Position numbers and translations under genes: made by a program. A stretch of DNA of 64,000 nt, taken from the NCBI RefSeq assembly GCF_009834535.1, contig NC_045697.1, positions 111,664,001 through 111,728,000 on the forward strand. Direction: 5' to 3'. This document shows positions 11,936-25,385 of this stretch, piece by piece. Under the pieces are notes generated by a model. That model had not been told where the DNA came from. It was given only the letters and a program-made list of their open reading frames with translations, and ran no database searches. How positions within the stretch are numbered: position 1 is the stretch's first letter; each line of letters starts with the position of its first letter. The DNA comes from Camelus ferus (lineage: Eukaryota).

Positions 11936-13621
11936 GTACCCACTAAAGAGCCTCTTCATATATGAAACGGAAACAACCATCTATCTTTAAGCACTTAGCC
12001 AGAAACACTACGTACTTATCCACTTGCTGAGAAAGATTACACTCTAAGAGGCCACTGTCCATCCTCCTAGTGGAGGAGCAGCACTGCTCAGTGGACTGGA
12101 TGAGAACTGCACCTCTAAATGCAGGTGTGGTCCCGGGAACTTGCAACCAGATCGCTCAGCTGTAGTGAAGCCAGTCAGTTCCATCTGCTGGACAGCTTAC
12201 AGTTCCGAGTGCAACACAAGATGCAACCAGGGTATGCATGGAGCAAGGAGGAGGGAAAAGGGCTGAGCCTGAAGATGGCAGAAAGCTCCACACCTCCCCA
12301 GATCCCTACAAAATTCTACAGTCCGCAAACACCTGGTGTAAATTGGGTTCTTGCAGCAATCAGTGAAGGGAGAAAGGCCGGGAGGCCCCAGCTAACACTT
12401 GGGTTCCTACTGAAAGCCTCCTCTCCTCCAGCTGGCCCTCTCTTCCTGACCTTTGGAGGCGGGCATGGTGAACAGGTGATGGACCACGTCCTCAGACACT
12501 CTGACCAGCCTCCACTTAATCTCTCTGCTTCTGTCTTACAAAACTGTGTTATCGACAAAGGGCAGGACCTCAAATTCTAGATGTCTGACTGCTCAGCGGC
12601 ACAGAAACAAAGTTGTGAGGCAGGTGTGAGAAGTCTCATCCCACCTCGGGAGCAATGAATCGAAGTATCATTATGTGATTTGCCAAAACCACACTCTGAA
12701 TTTAGCATTAGTGCCATCTGAGTTTCTGCCAAGGAAAAACATCCAATCAGGGTGATTGAGCAAAGTGCTTTTCTCCTGCTATGATCGTGCTGAACTTAAT
12801 CAAAAAGCATTTGCAAAGGACTTAATGATGTGCGTTGCTGTGCTGGATACACACAGAGAGATCCCCGTGCCCCTGGCCCCCCTCCAGCAGTTCACAGGAA
12901 AGAGAAGTGGGAAGGGCGAGGGGGAGACAGGAAGGAAGCAACAGGTCAAAAGTTCCTCATTTGTGCCCAGTCCCATGTCGAGATTTCACATGTGATTTGA
13001 TCCTTACGGCACCTTATGAGACAATATAATTTTGTCCGTTTTAGAGATGAGGAAAGTAAGGCTCTGAGGGAAAGTTGTAGAACTGGATTTCAAGCTGTGT
13101 TTTCTGACTCCCAGGCTCTTTCCTCGACACCGCAGTGCCTCTGAGAGGAGGGCAGACAGGCTGATGCGAGAAGTGTCCTCAGGGGAAAAGGACCCCTTAA
13201 ATCAAGGAGACAGTGTCCCAGCATTTGGGGATGGAAGGCAGAAATGATGTATGGAATATAATTTGGAATCAAAGGAAGTATGTTTTGTAGACATCCTGAA
13301 AGACTTCTTTACTCACACATGAAAACTTGAGGCAAAAATGCTTTGCTTAATCTCTAAGTCTTGGGGTGCAGCATTGTGGGGGAGGTGCCTGAGAAGTGGC
13401 TGCCCCTTCCCCACACTTGCAGGCTATTAGGAGAGCCCAAAATTGCCCTTGGGATTTAACTCTTCTGGGCAGTGAATCTGCCACAGACCTAGGGGATTCT
13501 AAGAGTAGGAATGCAGGGCGTGGGCAGGATCCGCAGAAACCTGTCCAGGCGAGGTAGAGTGGAAAACAAACTAACAAACTGGCTTCCCTGATGCTAAACC
13601 TGGTTGCTGATTCATTCGGAC

Positions 13622-14047
13622 TGAGAAGTCCTGAAGCTTGCTTTTACTGCCTTACAGACTCTTCCCTTATGCTCTCCCCTCCTATACATGCTTTACTGAG
13701 AATACCTTTAATCCAGAGGCTATGCTCCAGGAAGGAGGTAACGGACTGATAATTTAAGAAGAATGGACAGACCCTCCAGAGTTCCTCCGTGACACCAGGA
13801 GGATTCATTAAGGTTAAGAGGAATGAAACACCCTGACTGTTATCACCTTTTCTGTTCCATCCAGTTTTTCTATAAATCTTCAAGACCACAACCCCAAGAG
13901 GGATTCACAGTCTTTAAGGCATTAGCCACTGTAACTCCCCTTTGCCTGGCAAAGCAATATAGCTGTTCTTTTCTGATTCTCCCAAAACTCTGCCTCTGAA
14001 TCTTAATCTGGTTTTCCGGGTATAGAGGCCAGTTTTGCGGCAATACA
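13622..14047 (+). mobile_element. ERV1-type solo LTR
   Basis: TG...CA ends, near-TSD GGAC/GGAA, TATAAA at 13871, LTR-like R/U5 (actcccctttgcctggcaaagcaatatagct). Confidence 0.7.
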
Positions 14048-16168
14048 GGAAACGGCTGCTGCTGGTGGCCCATTGCAGGAGGCCAGGCCAGGACCCTGTC
14101 ACCATGCAGCTGGCCTCTCCCCACTGCTTTTCTGTACCTCTGCTCACCTGCCACCAGCATTCTTTTCTGTAATTCCACCATCCCTCTCTCTCCTCCTCCT
14201 CCTCCCCACATCTCTCCTTCTATCCCATCCTTCCTGAGCCTATGTATTCCCACCCCCCACCTTCCACTGGCATCCTGTTTTTACACCTTCTCCCTCATTT
14301 CTGTATGAGTTCAATTTAACCACCACTTGTTGCACGGTCAGTTCTGGGTTGGGTGTGTGGATTACACTTTACAGCATCTGAAGTTTAGGCAGGGGTCGGG
14401 GTGGCGAGGATTAGGCATAACCCTGAAACTCTTGGTGATTACAGAATATTATTAAATTTGGAAGTCAGACCCCAAAACGGGGTGAACTGGGATCTAAAGA
14501 GATGAGAAAAGCTTTCATCTTTTTAACCTTCTACACTCTAAATGTCTGCTTTAAACGTCGCTAATTTCTCACTCACTAAAGGATAAGGGTCGATTTAAAA
14601 TGTGTTAAAAAGTATGAGAAAAGGATAGAAATTCAGGCTGGTTACTTTCAAGTGTCTGGAGGAAAGCTGAGGTTAGGAAAAGAAGAGGAGCCATCGGTCA
14701 AGGAGCATTAAGGGGCAGGGGAGCATCAGTGCGTCTTCCTCCGCAGCTGGACCCTGATCAGGGCTGAGGAAGCCCTCGCTCTACCACTGCCCTTGTCTGC
14801 AGGCCTGGAGGATTCCTCCCCACGTTCTCATTATTATTTATTCTCCTTATTTCTTTATTCTTCTTAATTTCTTCAGCTACAATTTCCCATCTTTGATTCA
14901 CTACATTTAATTCAAACCATGTTACAGGCATGCAGACTATGAGGTGGGTTTTTAAGTCATTTTCCCCCCATTTTATTTGTCTTGGCTACTTTGCAATGAT
15001 GCATAGAGAAACAACTTCATCTTTTAAATATATATTCTATTTATATTGTTGGATATTTATGTCTAAACCTTTCCAAATTTATGTCTATTAGACTTACAAA
15101 GCATAATTCTTTTTCAAGCTATTTTTTATGGTAAAAATAACAGAACTGTTACAGAAAATGCACCAAGAGGCACAGGTGTATTTAAAGAAGGAAGTAGACA
15201 AATGTTCCTTTATTGCATTGTTTGAAACATCAAATAACTGAAATCAAGCTAAGTATCCATTATTTGAGGATATATATTACTTGAGGATGTATATAAGGAC
15301 ACATGTTATTTAAGTTAAATAAACTTTGATATTCATAATTAGTATCCTATTCAACAATTTTTTAAAAAAATGAAGTGCATCTATATACATTATCCAGAAA
15401 AACTCAGCTCTACAACATAGAAAAAATAATTGTGATATAATTTTATTCATGAAAAATGTATGTGTAATAGAAAAACCAAATGCAAATGTATGTTATAAAA
15501 GTATACAGAAAAATGTCTGCAAGAATACACAAGCCAAACTGCTTATGGTATAGTCATGAATTACCTGTTTAATTAAATGTTTAAAAATTAAGTGTATCCC
15601 CTCCCAACAAAAAAAAGAAAAAAAAGAAGCTCAAAAACTATATTAAAAAAAATTAAAAGTGTAAACAGAAACAAAAAGAAAAAGAAAAAGAAAAAAGAAA
15701 ATAAAAAAGAAAAACCAAAAAAATTGAAAAAAGAAAAAAGAAAAAAAAGAAAAAAACAACAACAAAAGCAAAATTAAGTGTAAACATTTCAAAGTGTGGA
15801 AAAATTTAACCTGGAAAGAAAACATTCTTCAACATCCTCAGCCCTACTCAGCAGAGGTAATCATGCTGGAAATATATATATACAAATATATATATGACTG
15901 CAAATTAAAAATTTTTAACTTAGCCATATCATTCTGTAGCACATAAAGATCAGCACATACAGATCAACCCCTATGCTTTTTAATGGTAAGTTTCATTGGT
16001 GCAATATTTTATTTAATTAGTCGTCTACTAATGATGTTCAATTGTTACTGTATTTAACGAAGAGAGGAGTTTAGAAGCAATGTTCCAACAAATGTCGATA
16101 AACAAATATCTTTCTCTTTTCTAGTATAACAGTAGGAAATAGCCCTAGAGTCAAAAGATGAATATTTA

Positions 16169-16238
16169 GACACAACATTGTAAAATGATTATAAATCAAT
16201 AAAAAATGTTATATTGTTAAAACAAAACAAACAAACAA
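16169..16238 (+). mobile_element. Very short young LINE-1 3' tip
   Basis: Near-identical to the end of the 307-752 element (gacacaacattgtaaaatgattataaatcaat). TSD aaaa(g/t)atgaatattta. Confidence 0.8.
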
Positions 16239-16442
16239 AAAATATGAATATTTAAAAGTAGGATAAATTTTGATTCGGCAGGCTAGAAAGATTTGGCCAA
16301 ATTGTTCTCGGAATGGTGCGATATTTCACATCACTCTAACTGACTCTAACAGTGTGTGATCTCACCCATACTTTTCATCTTTGTCAATCTGATAAGTAAA
16401 ATGGCCTCTTTTGTTGTTTTAATTTGCATTTTAAAATTTATG

Positions 16443-16585
16443 GGTGTGGGAGGGAGGGTGTAGCTAAGTGGTACAATTCATGCTTAGCATGCACGTGGTC
16501 CTGGGTTCAATCTCCAGTACCTTCATTAAAATAAAACAAATAAATTAATTAAATAAACCTAATTATCTCCCCCCAAGAAAACATT
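16443..16585 (+). mobile_element. tRNA-derived SINE
   Basis: Diverged A box, B box gggttcaatctcc, aataaacctaatta tail. Confidence 0.85.
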
Positions 16586-17126
16586 AGCTCTTTATCATGT
16601 GAGTTAGAATCATGCAATGATTCATAATTACACAGTGAGCAGTTTTGTGTGTGTATTCCAGACTTTTTTAAACTATATTTTTATTGTGATAACATATTTC
16701 TAACATGTCATTTGCCGTGTTCCTCATTTTTAAGTTTACAATTCAGTGGCATTAACTACTTTTGCAATGCTATGCAGCCATCACCATTATTTATTTCCCA
16801 AATTTTTCATTTCCCCAAACAAAAATCTTTACCCGTTAAACAATAAATAATTCCTCACTTCCTCCTTTCCCCAGGCCCTTTGTAACCTCTAATGTACTTT
16901 CTTTCTCTATAAACTTGCCTGTTCTAGATGTCTTGTGTAAGTGGAATCATATAATACTTGTCCTTTTGTATCTGGCTTATTTCTCTTAGCATAATATTTT
17001 CAAGGTTCATCCATGCTGTAGCATGTATCAGAACATCATTCCTTTTGATGGCTGGATAATATTCCATTGTGTGTAAGGACCACATTTTACTTATCCAAGT
17101 CATCTGTTGATGGACACTTGGGTTGT

Positions 17127-17690
17127 GAGTGAGGAGAGGTGCTGGAAGAGAGAGGCCTGGCCTTCACAACCCCACTTCTGCAGAGATAGCCTAGTGTCCC
17201 TGAGATACCCGAAGGGTTCAGGCCAGGTGGCAGGGGCTGGACTGGGCTGGACTGGCATGGGAATGGCGAGAAATGGAATTGTGAACAGAGGACTTGGTGG
17301 GTATTTGAGCATGGTGTGACTGCCCTGTGTTTATCCCCATGCACCTGAAAGGAACAGCTCAGCTCTGAAACTCTTGGTTCCATTTGTTTACATTTGTGGT
17401 GTTTTCAGAGTCTCATCTGCCAAAGGTCTTAATTTCAGTGGCAAGAAATTGTAATTCCAGCTAAAAATTACAGGAGATTTAAGTTCCCTGACTCCCTTCA
17501 TGTGTAATATTTATCCTATGTGTACATAAACAGTTTAAATATATATGTACATGCACATATAATCATTATTTGCCTTTAAGCAGACTATTATTATTTCTTT
17601 TCATCCTATTTAATGATGTTTATATTTCCTATCCATAATTCCAAAATAAACATGGAGAACTGCAAAAAAAGAAAGAAAGAAAAAGAAAAA
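17127..17690 (+). pseudogene. Retrotransposed polyadenylated mRNA 3' fragment (source gene not recognised)
   Basis: Non-repeat-like ~540 nt interrupting the L1 motif ggacacttgggttgt|ttcacctttt. AATAAA at 17645-17650, then 13 nt, then a decayed poly(A) at 17664-17690. Confidence 0.65.
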
Positions 17691-17704
17691 GGAATGTTTC
17701 ACCT

Positions 17705-17833
17705 TTGTTTGTTTTGAGGGGAGGTAATTAGGTTTACTTATTTATTTATTTTTTAGTGGAGCTACTGGGGATTGAACCCAGGACCCTGTGCATGCTAAGC
17801 ACATGCTCTACCACTGAGCTGGACCCTCCCTCC
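17705..17833 (-). mobile_element. tRNA-derived SINE
   Basis: Reverse head and tail, flanked by caccttt direct repeats. Confidence 0.88.
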
Positions 17834-19261
17834 TCCACCTTTTGACTATTGTGAACAATGCTGCAAGGGACATTGTCAGACAAGCACCTGTCTGAGCGCC
17901 TGCTTTCAATCTGCTTGGGTGTATACCTAGAAGTGTAACTGCCGAGTCATGGCAACACTGTTTAGCTTTTTGAGGAACTGTCAAACTGTTGTCAGCTACA
18001 TCGCTTTACATTTCTACCAGCAATGCATGGAGATTCCAATTTTCCCATATTGTTGCCAACATTTGAGATTTTCCATTTTTTCATAGTATAGTAGGAGTGA
18101 CATGGTATTTCACTGTGGTTTTGATTTGCCTCTGCTGACTAATGATGTTGAGCACTTTTTCATGTGTTTGTCGGCTATTTGTATATCTTCCTCGGAGAAA
18201 TGTCTGTTGAAGTCCTTCGCCCATTTTTTATTTGGGTTTTTGGTTGTGTGTGTGTGTTTTGTTTTTGTTTTTTTATTTTTTGCTGTTGTTGAGTTGTAGG
18301 AGTTCTTTATATATTCTGGATATTAAACCCTTATCAGATTCATGAGTGTCAAATATCTCTCATTCTGTGGATTGTCTTTTCACTTTCTTGATAGCACCTT
18401 TTGATGCACAGAAGTTTTTCATTTTAATGAAGTCCAATTTATCTTTTTTTTGTTTGTGCTTTTGGTGTCATATTTAAAAGAACAACTGCCAAATGCAGAA
18501 TCATGCAGATTTGACTCTATATTTTCTTCCAAAAGTTTTACAATTTTACCCCTTAAATTTAGATTTTAATCCATTTTGAGTAATTTCTTAATATGGTGTG
18601 GATATTCAGTTTTCCCAGCACAATGTGTTGAAGAGACCATTCTTTCATTGAATGATCTTGGCATCCTTGTAGAAAATCAAATTAGAGATGTGTGGGTTTA
18701 TATCTGGGATTTCAGTTTTATTCTACTGGTCTGTATGTCTAGCCTTATGCTAGCATCACACTGTTTTGATTACTACAGTTTTGTAGCAAGTATTGAAATC
18801 AGGAAGGATGAGTCTTCCAAATTTGCTCTTTTTCAAGACTATTTTGTCTATGCTGGGTCTCCTGAAGTTCCATATGATTTTTAGGATAAGTTTTTCCATT
18901 TCTGAAAAAAATATTGTCAGGATTTAGTGACTGAATTGAAACTATTTATCACTTTGGATAATATTATCATCTCAACAGTATTCTTGCAGTCAGTGAACAT
19001 GGGATGTCTTTCCATTTATTTAGGTTTTCTTTAATTCTTTTCAGCAATGTTCTTTAGTTTTCAGTGACAAGTCTTGCAGCTCCTTGGTTAAATTTATTTC
19101 TAAGTATTTTCTTCTTTTTGATGCTAGTGTAAATGGAATTATTTTAATAATTTCTTTTATTTTGTAGTGTTTGTTGCCAGTATATAGAAATGGAACTAAT
19201 TTTTGTGAGCTGATTGTGTATCCTGAAACTTTGCTGAATTTGTTTCTTAGCTCTAATGGTG

Positions 19262-19354
19262 GGGGATGGGATATAGCTCAGTGGTAGAGTGGGTGTTTGG
19301 CGTGCATGAGGTCCTGGGTTCCTGGGTTCAATCCTCCACTAAAAAAAGAAAACA
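19262..19354 (+). mobile_element. tRNA-derived SINE with an 8-bp internal duplication
   Basis: Perfect 13-bp TSD agctctaatggtg (19249-19261 and 19355-19367); cctgggtt is duplicated at the B box. Confidence 0.88.
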
Positions 19355-20994
19355 AGCTCTAATGGTGTTTTTTGTGGACTCCCTAAGGTTTTCTAGATGT
19401 AATATCATGTTTTCTGTGAGTAGAGATAGTTTTACTACTTTCTTCCCTATCTGAATGCCTTTTATTCCTTTTCCTTAATTAATTTCTCAAGCTCTGTATA
19501 CCTTCATAGCATATATTTGCATATCAAAAAATTTTTGTATTATATGTGTACTCTTTCCTCATGAAAAAAATTTATAGCATGATGATTATTTTGCAACCTG
19601 CTTTTATAACACACCAGATTATAGAGCTGCTTTTTTTGGCCAACATATACAGATCTATCTCATTTTATAAATTGTTGGATAGTACCCTAATTATAGACAC
19701 CAAAGTTTATTTTCCTATTCCACAAATAGTAGATATTTAGGTTATTTCTAGTTATTTGGAATTTGGCATTTATATTTTAACTTAACACTGTCTTTTTTTT
19801 TTTCCCCATGCAGAAGTTTCAAATTTTTATGTAGTCAAATTCATTATACTTTTTTTCTCTGGTGCTTCTGGGTTTGGGGTTATGCATGGAAAGTCTTTCT
19901 TTACTGCAAGACTATATTAAAATGTTCTTTTTTCTAGAATGTGTGGTAATTTTTTTTTTTTTTATGTTTAAATCTTTAAACCTCTAGGAATTTATTTTGG
20001 CTTAAAAATGTGAGAGCAATCCAGTTTCATTTTCTTCTAAATGTCTGTCTGGTTTTACCAACATCATTCACTAAATAATCCATCAACCAGGGAGTACTTA
20101 TATAAAAGAAATATAAAGTTCAAGTTGAAAAAGTACTAGGACATTTTTACTCCTAGAAGGGCTATATAGACAAAGGCTTGCATTCAGTGCATTCAAGGGC
20201 AAGTCTCCTGAGTGAAGGTGAAACTTATCACCCGAAACTGAATTAAAGCCAGATTAGGGAGCTACTCTTCAGCCTAGAGTGGGAGACTATGGCTTCTAAT
20301 TTGAGTGCCTTGCTCCTTCCTTTTATTCCAAATATCCCTCCTTTCCTACTTTTTTTTTCTGTGAAATACAACTCAGTCACCACCTCATCCATAATGAAAT
20401 ATTTCTTTATTCTCCAAAAGTTTCTGTGTTTTCTCCTGCTCTACTTCAAGCACACATCAGAACATCAAGGAACACTTTTCAACTGTCAACTCTGAGAATA
20501 AGAAGCTGAAAATATGAAAGGTTTGACAGGAGATACTGGAGAATTGGGCTGATGCTGGAGACCAGAACACTGTATTGGAGCATAAGTAGGAGAAAGCTGG
20601 GGTCTAATGGGCATATGTGAGTATAATGTACTCAGTCCATGTAGAAATTAAGCCAAAATACAAATCTGAGAGCAGCATTTACAAAGACTAGCCAGGAAGT
20701 AGGGAATAGAAACAGGAAACATAGGACTTACTGATTTTTTAGTTTCCTGCGGTGGCTATCAGTGCCCTACATTGAAGATTTTAGTTATTATCAATTGATG
20801 AATGAATGAGGGAGTGCTGAACATGAAGTTAGACTCCAGTTTCCCTGTGATTAGCAGGTGATCTTGGGAAAGTCATTCAAATGCTCTTACCAATTTTCTT
20901 CATTGTAGAATGCAAGCAATAATATTGCACAGCCCCACTTCTGAGGATTGTCATTAGGACCAAAATAGACATGTTGTTTCAAAATGTGTAAATG

Positions 20995-21056
20995 CGTTTC
21001 AGAAATTGACACAACATTGTAAACTGACAATACTTCAATAAAAAAGAATGCAAAAA
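20995..21056 (+). mobile_element. Very short LINE-1 3' tip inside a MIR remnant
   Basis: cagaaattgacacaacattgtaaactgacaatacttcaataaaa plus A tail; TSD aaaatgtgtaaa. Confidence 0.78.
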
Positions 21057-22505
21057 AAATGTGTAAAGGCTTCATAAGTTGTCATGTTCACATCAATGTT
21101 GCACCTAGGATCCTTCTTAGAGAGAGGCAGGGCATGCGTATGTCCATGTACAAATTTACAGATTCTTTCTTTTCGTCTTCTGTTTTTCCTCCTTTTTAAC
21201 ATTCTAAGTAATTTAATTTTCACTTACTTTAAAGGATAAATTTATCTCTAGCTTATACTAACAAAGATGCTATAAACAGCAAATTACACATCCTGGTCTA
21301 TCTCACTTCTTCTCAAACAACTTCAGAGACTGAAGCTGCAAGCTTTTCTAAATATTGGAAAATCAAAATAATCATTTTATAAGTTATTGGCAGACACTTT
21401 CAAATGTGTTTTATACCTCAGCACATAGAATTGGAATTGTGTTTCAGAAGAAAATTGTTACTTCTTAAATGTCTAGAACTTGATTAAATGAGATGTCACT
21501 GCAGAAAGCTGAAAGCCCCATCTTCTGGTTATTTCTGAAATAAGGAAATCCTCCGTGGAAATGCTAAGAGTAACCTGGCTGCATTGCAGAGCCTGGGACT
21601 TAACATTAGATTAGAATCAAGAAGGGGCAGAAATCTGATGAGACTAGCTCTCAAATTACTAAGCAGTAGTCTTGATTTCCATGAAGTTTACAAAATTCAT
21701 TTCATCCTGAGTTTCTGTAAATTTTTTTTTCTAAACTTTCAGAGAAATTTTGGTTTTGGTCTAAAACTTCACATGTTTGGTATCTATCCAAGGACAAATT
21801 ATTTTTGGAAGTTTTAGCAAATTTGTTCTCCCACTCCCGAATTCGTCAGTGAAACCAAAATAAAATTTTTCTGCCTTCAAAAACAAGTGTGTTTTTTAAA
21901 TGTCAGGAACAAGAACTCCTGGAGAACACAAATCAATAACATGGGAGGAAGTGCTGGATAATAAGTCTCAAATTTTGTGGATTCTGAGGAGCTCTGATAG
22001 AGCTTTCTAACCCAAATTTGAAATGTTTGGTTACATTTGGACTCTATTTGGTTACAACTGGATTCTATTTGTGTCTGATAGACACAAACATTTCTAGAAC
22101 AAATAAATGGAAACTGGAATATTTCTAATTGCTTGCAATATCCTTAAATTTCTTTCTAGAAAAAACTTTCTAGAAAAAGTACACAGACCAAAAATAATTT
22201 GATGCACTAAAATAACTGTTGACTTACTTTTTTGACTATTCATTAAAAGGGAGATTTTCAGTGACACATCTCTGGATATCTAAGAGAGACTTAGCTATAA
22301 AGCATTCCAAAGCCAGAATTTGAAATATGTGCATTCCTGATAGAGGTACAGGGAAACTTAAGAGAATTGTAAAAAGATCTAGCTTGGACCAATTCAATCT
22401 AAAATTTGATTAAAAGGGCAAGTTAAAATCAGTATCAGTAGATGAAGAGATCCCTCTTTAAAGTCAATATTAAATATTAGACACCTATTGTTTGCATGAT
22501 ACACA

Positions 22506-22994
22506 TGTTAGGCTGAACAATATGTAAAATAAAATATATATTTTATGACAAGACAAGAAAAATTAAAAAAATTTTCTCTGCCTTTGGCATCCTCTCTCTC
22601 CTCTACTGTCCACTGTGTATCTGCATTACGCATCGACCAAACCTCCCCTTTGGCAGAAATACCTCCTTTACCATAAGAGCAACATTCTCTTAGCACCAAC
22701 AAGATAACTCCTTAAAGGATAACATTCTTTCTTAATCTTGTAAGAAACCATTGTGACCCATGACCACTGGTCGTTTGGTACACATAGACCTGGATTGTGT
22801 AAACTGTCAATAATACATAATTTACTGTATAGCCCTCTGTCTTAAAACCTTACATAACTGTGCTTTGACCTCTAGTGGGTGGGACAGTTCTCAGAACTTT
22901 CTGAGAGATTGTTCCCAGGTTATAATCCTCAAGTTGGCCTGAGTTAAAAGTTTCCATTTCTTTCTTAGATCGACTGATTAATTTTTCATCAACA
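22506..22994 (+). mobile_element. Probable ERV1-type LTR
   Basis: tgttaggctg start and ...tcatcaaca end with LTR-like internal motifs; no clean TSD seen. Confidence 0.55.
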
Positions 22995-24064
22995 AATGGA
23001 AGTTACAGTGAGTTAAAGACACACTTTATTTGATGTTGGGGAAAATGAGATATTTTAACACATTAATATCTGTGATAAGGGCTGAGCACTTTGCTGGCAA
23101 CTGTGCTGAGGGTGACAACACTCACAGGAGAGACGACGCCTCAGACCTGCACCTTCACCAGGTGAACCATTTGGCAGAAAGAAAGATTCTCTCCTCTTAC
23201 TCCTGATAGGTAAACAAGTGCAATAATCTGTACCAAAAAATATTTTAACCTTGCAAAAATGAAATGTCAGGCATTTTTACAAATATAATTTCTTTACAGG
23301 GCTATATTTATTTAGATTGCTTTGACTACCATTAGAGCGTTATGCAGACATAAGATTTTAATCATCTTTCCTGATAATGACTAAGTTTTAATGCCCCATA
23401 CATACTAACTGAGGCTTTGGTTCTATAAAAATATTTTTTGGAGGGTGCATTTTGGACAGAATTCCACAGAACCATATTCCTGCACCTCACCCGTGGTTTC
23501 TGATTATATTCATTGAGCATGGATATTGATGACTTTTAGTGGCAAGTGTATATTTCTCTTTATTTCTAACTTTTGAGCTGGACACAGTAAACATAACATA
23601 GCACCTACTCCTGCATGTCTAGGCCTAAACAAAATGGTTAAGTAAAGATAAATCTTGTTCTACTTCTCCCTTCTAAATATTCACTTTTAATTATCCATAG
23701 AGCACCCTTTTCACCCACTCAGTCTAACTCCCAGAAGTCAAGGTCCCCTATGGAAGCCCATCTCCTAGGCTGACAACCTCACTCGCCACCAACCTGCTCC
23801 TATAAAACCTCATGAAGTTCAGAAATCTATTTTTTGACAACATTGCTCCCGTCTGGTTTATACTGGGTAATCTCAGATTATTTCTACCCTAAACTAAGCA
23901 AGCCCTTTAGCTTAACAAGTACACCATCATCTTTGTCCCCCCAATTTTTTTTTTTAATTTTAAAACAAAAATATGACTACTATTTGCTGAGTGCTTTGTA
24001 GGGACCACGCTGTACTTGTGTAAGGGTATTACCTGCATATTTCATTTTGTCAAAAATTTCTCTG

Positions 24065-25385
24065 AAACATAGGCAGAACACTCTGACATAAATTTCAGCA
24101 ATATTTTTTTTTCAAACCAGATCCTAGAGTAATGGAAATAAAAGCAAAAATAAACAAATGGGGCCTAATTGAACTTAAAAGTTTTTGCACATCTAAGGCT
24201 ACCATAAACAAAATGAAAAGACAACCTACAGAATGGGAGAAAATATTTGCAAATGATGTGACCAACAAGGGACTAATTTCCAAAATATACAAACAGCTCA
24301 TAGAGTTTAATATAAAAAAAAATGCAATCCAATCAAAAAATGGGCAGAAGACCTAAACAGACATTTCTCCAAAGAAGACATCCAGATGGTCAATAGGCAC
24401 ATGAAAAGATGCTCAATATCAGTAATTATGAGAGAAATGCAAATCAAAACTACTATAGTATCACCTCACACCAGTAAAAATGGCTGTCATTAAAAAGTCT
24501 ACAAGTGAGGAGGGTGTAGTTCAAGTGGTAGAGTGCATGCTTAGTATGCACAAGGTTCTAGGTTTAATCCTCAGTATCTCCTTTAAAAATAAATAGACCT
24601 AATTGCCTCCCCTCACCAAAAAATAAAAATAAAATATTTATTTTTTAAAAAGTCTACAAATGATAGATGCTGGAGAGGGTATGGAGAAAAAGTAACCCTC
24701 CTACGCTGTTGGTGGGAATGTAAATTGGTGCAGCCACTATCGAGGACAGTATGGAATTTCCTTAGAAAACTAAAAATAGACTTATCATGTGATCCAGAAA
24801 TCCCACTCCTGGGCATATATCGGGGGAAAATTATAATTCAAAAAGACACATGCACCTCAGTGTTCATAGGAGCACTATTTACAGTAGTCAAGACAGGGAA
24901 ACAACCTAAATGTCCATTGACAGATGAGTGGATAAAGAAGATGTGGTATACACACACACATGCACACACACGCACACACACACACACACAATGGGATATT
25001 ACTCAGCCATAAAAAATAAAATAATGCCATTTGCAGCAACATGAATGGACCTAGAGATTATCATATTAAGCGAATTAAGTCAGACACAGAAAGACAAATA
25101 ACATAATAAGATGTCGCTTATAGGTGGAATCTAAAAAAAAGATACAAATTTTATTTACAAACCAGAAATAGACTCACTGACATAGAAGACAAACTGTGGT
25201 TACCAGGGGGTGGGGGGAAAGGATAGATTAGGAGTTTGCAATTAATAGGTACATGTTACTCTACATAAAGTAGATAAACAACAAGGACCTACTGTATAGC
25301 ATAGGGAACTATATTCAATTTCTTATAATGAGCTGTAATGGAAAATAATCTGAAAAAAAATATGTATCTGTATGTAAAAATAAAT
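24065..25385 (+). mobile_element. LINE-1 3' portion with nested SINE
   Basis: ORF2 remnants ([43 protein letters not shown]) plus 3' UTR; (CA)n at 24949-24990. Confidence 0.92.
24505..24645 (+). mobile_element. tRNA-derived SINE
   Basis: Perfect 14-bp TSD taaaaagtctacaa (24491-24504 and 24646-24659). Confidence 0.88.

Larger units (their letters stand above)
16672..19480 (-). mobile_element. Old LINE-1 (L1M-type) 3' region hosting a retrocopy and two SINEs
   Basis: Antisense L1 3' UTR and ORF2 motifs (tggaatcatataatac, aatgatgttgagcacttttt, tttttcaagactatt) that continue across the insertions. Confidence 0.85.

Noticed and set aside
12119..12580. 153-aa ORF in non-repetitive sequence
   Set aside because: No recognisable homology, domain or convincing exon structure; probably a chance ORF.
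15592..15825. Lys-rich and Phe-rich ORFs
   Set aside because: These are translations of an A-rich low-complexity tract.
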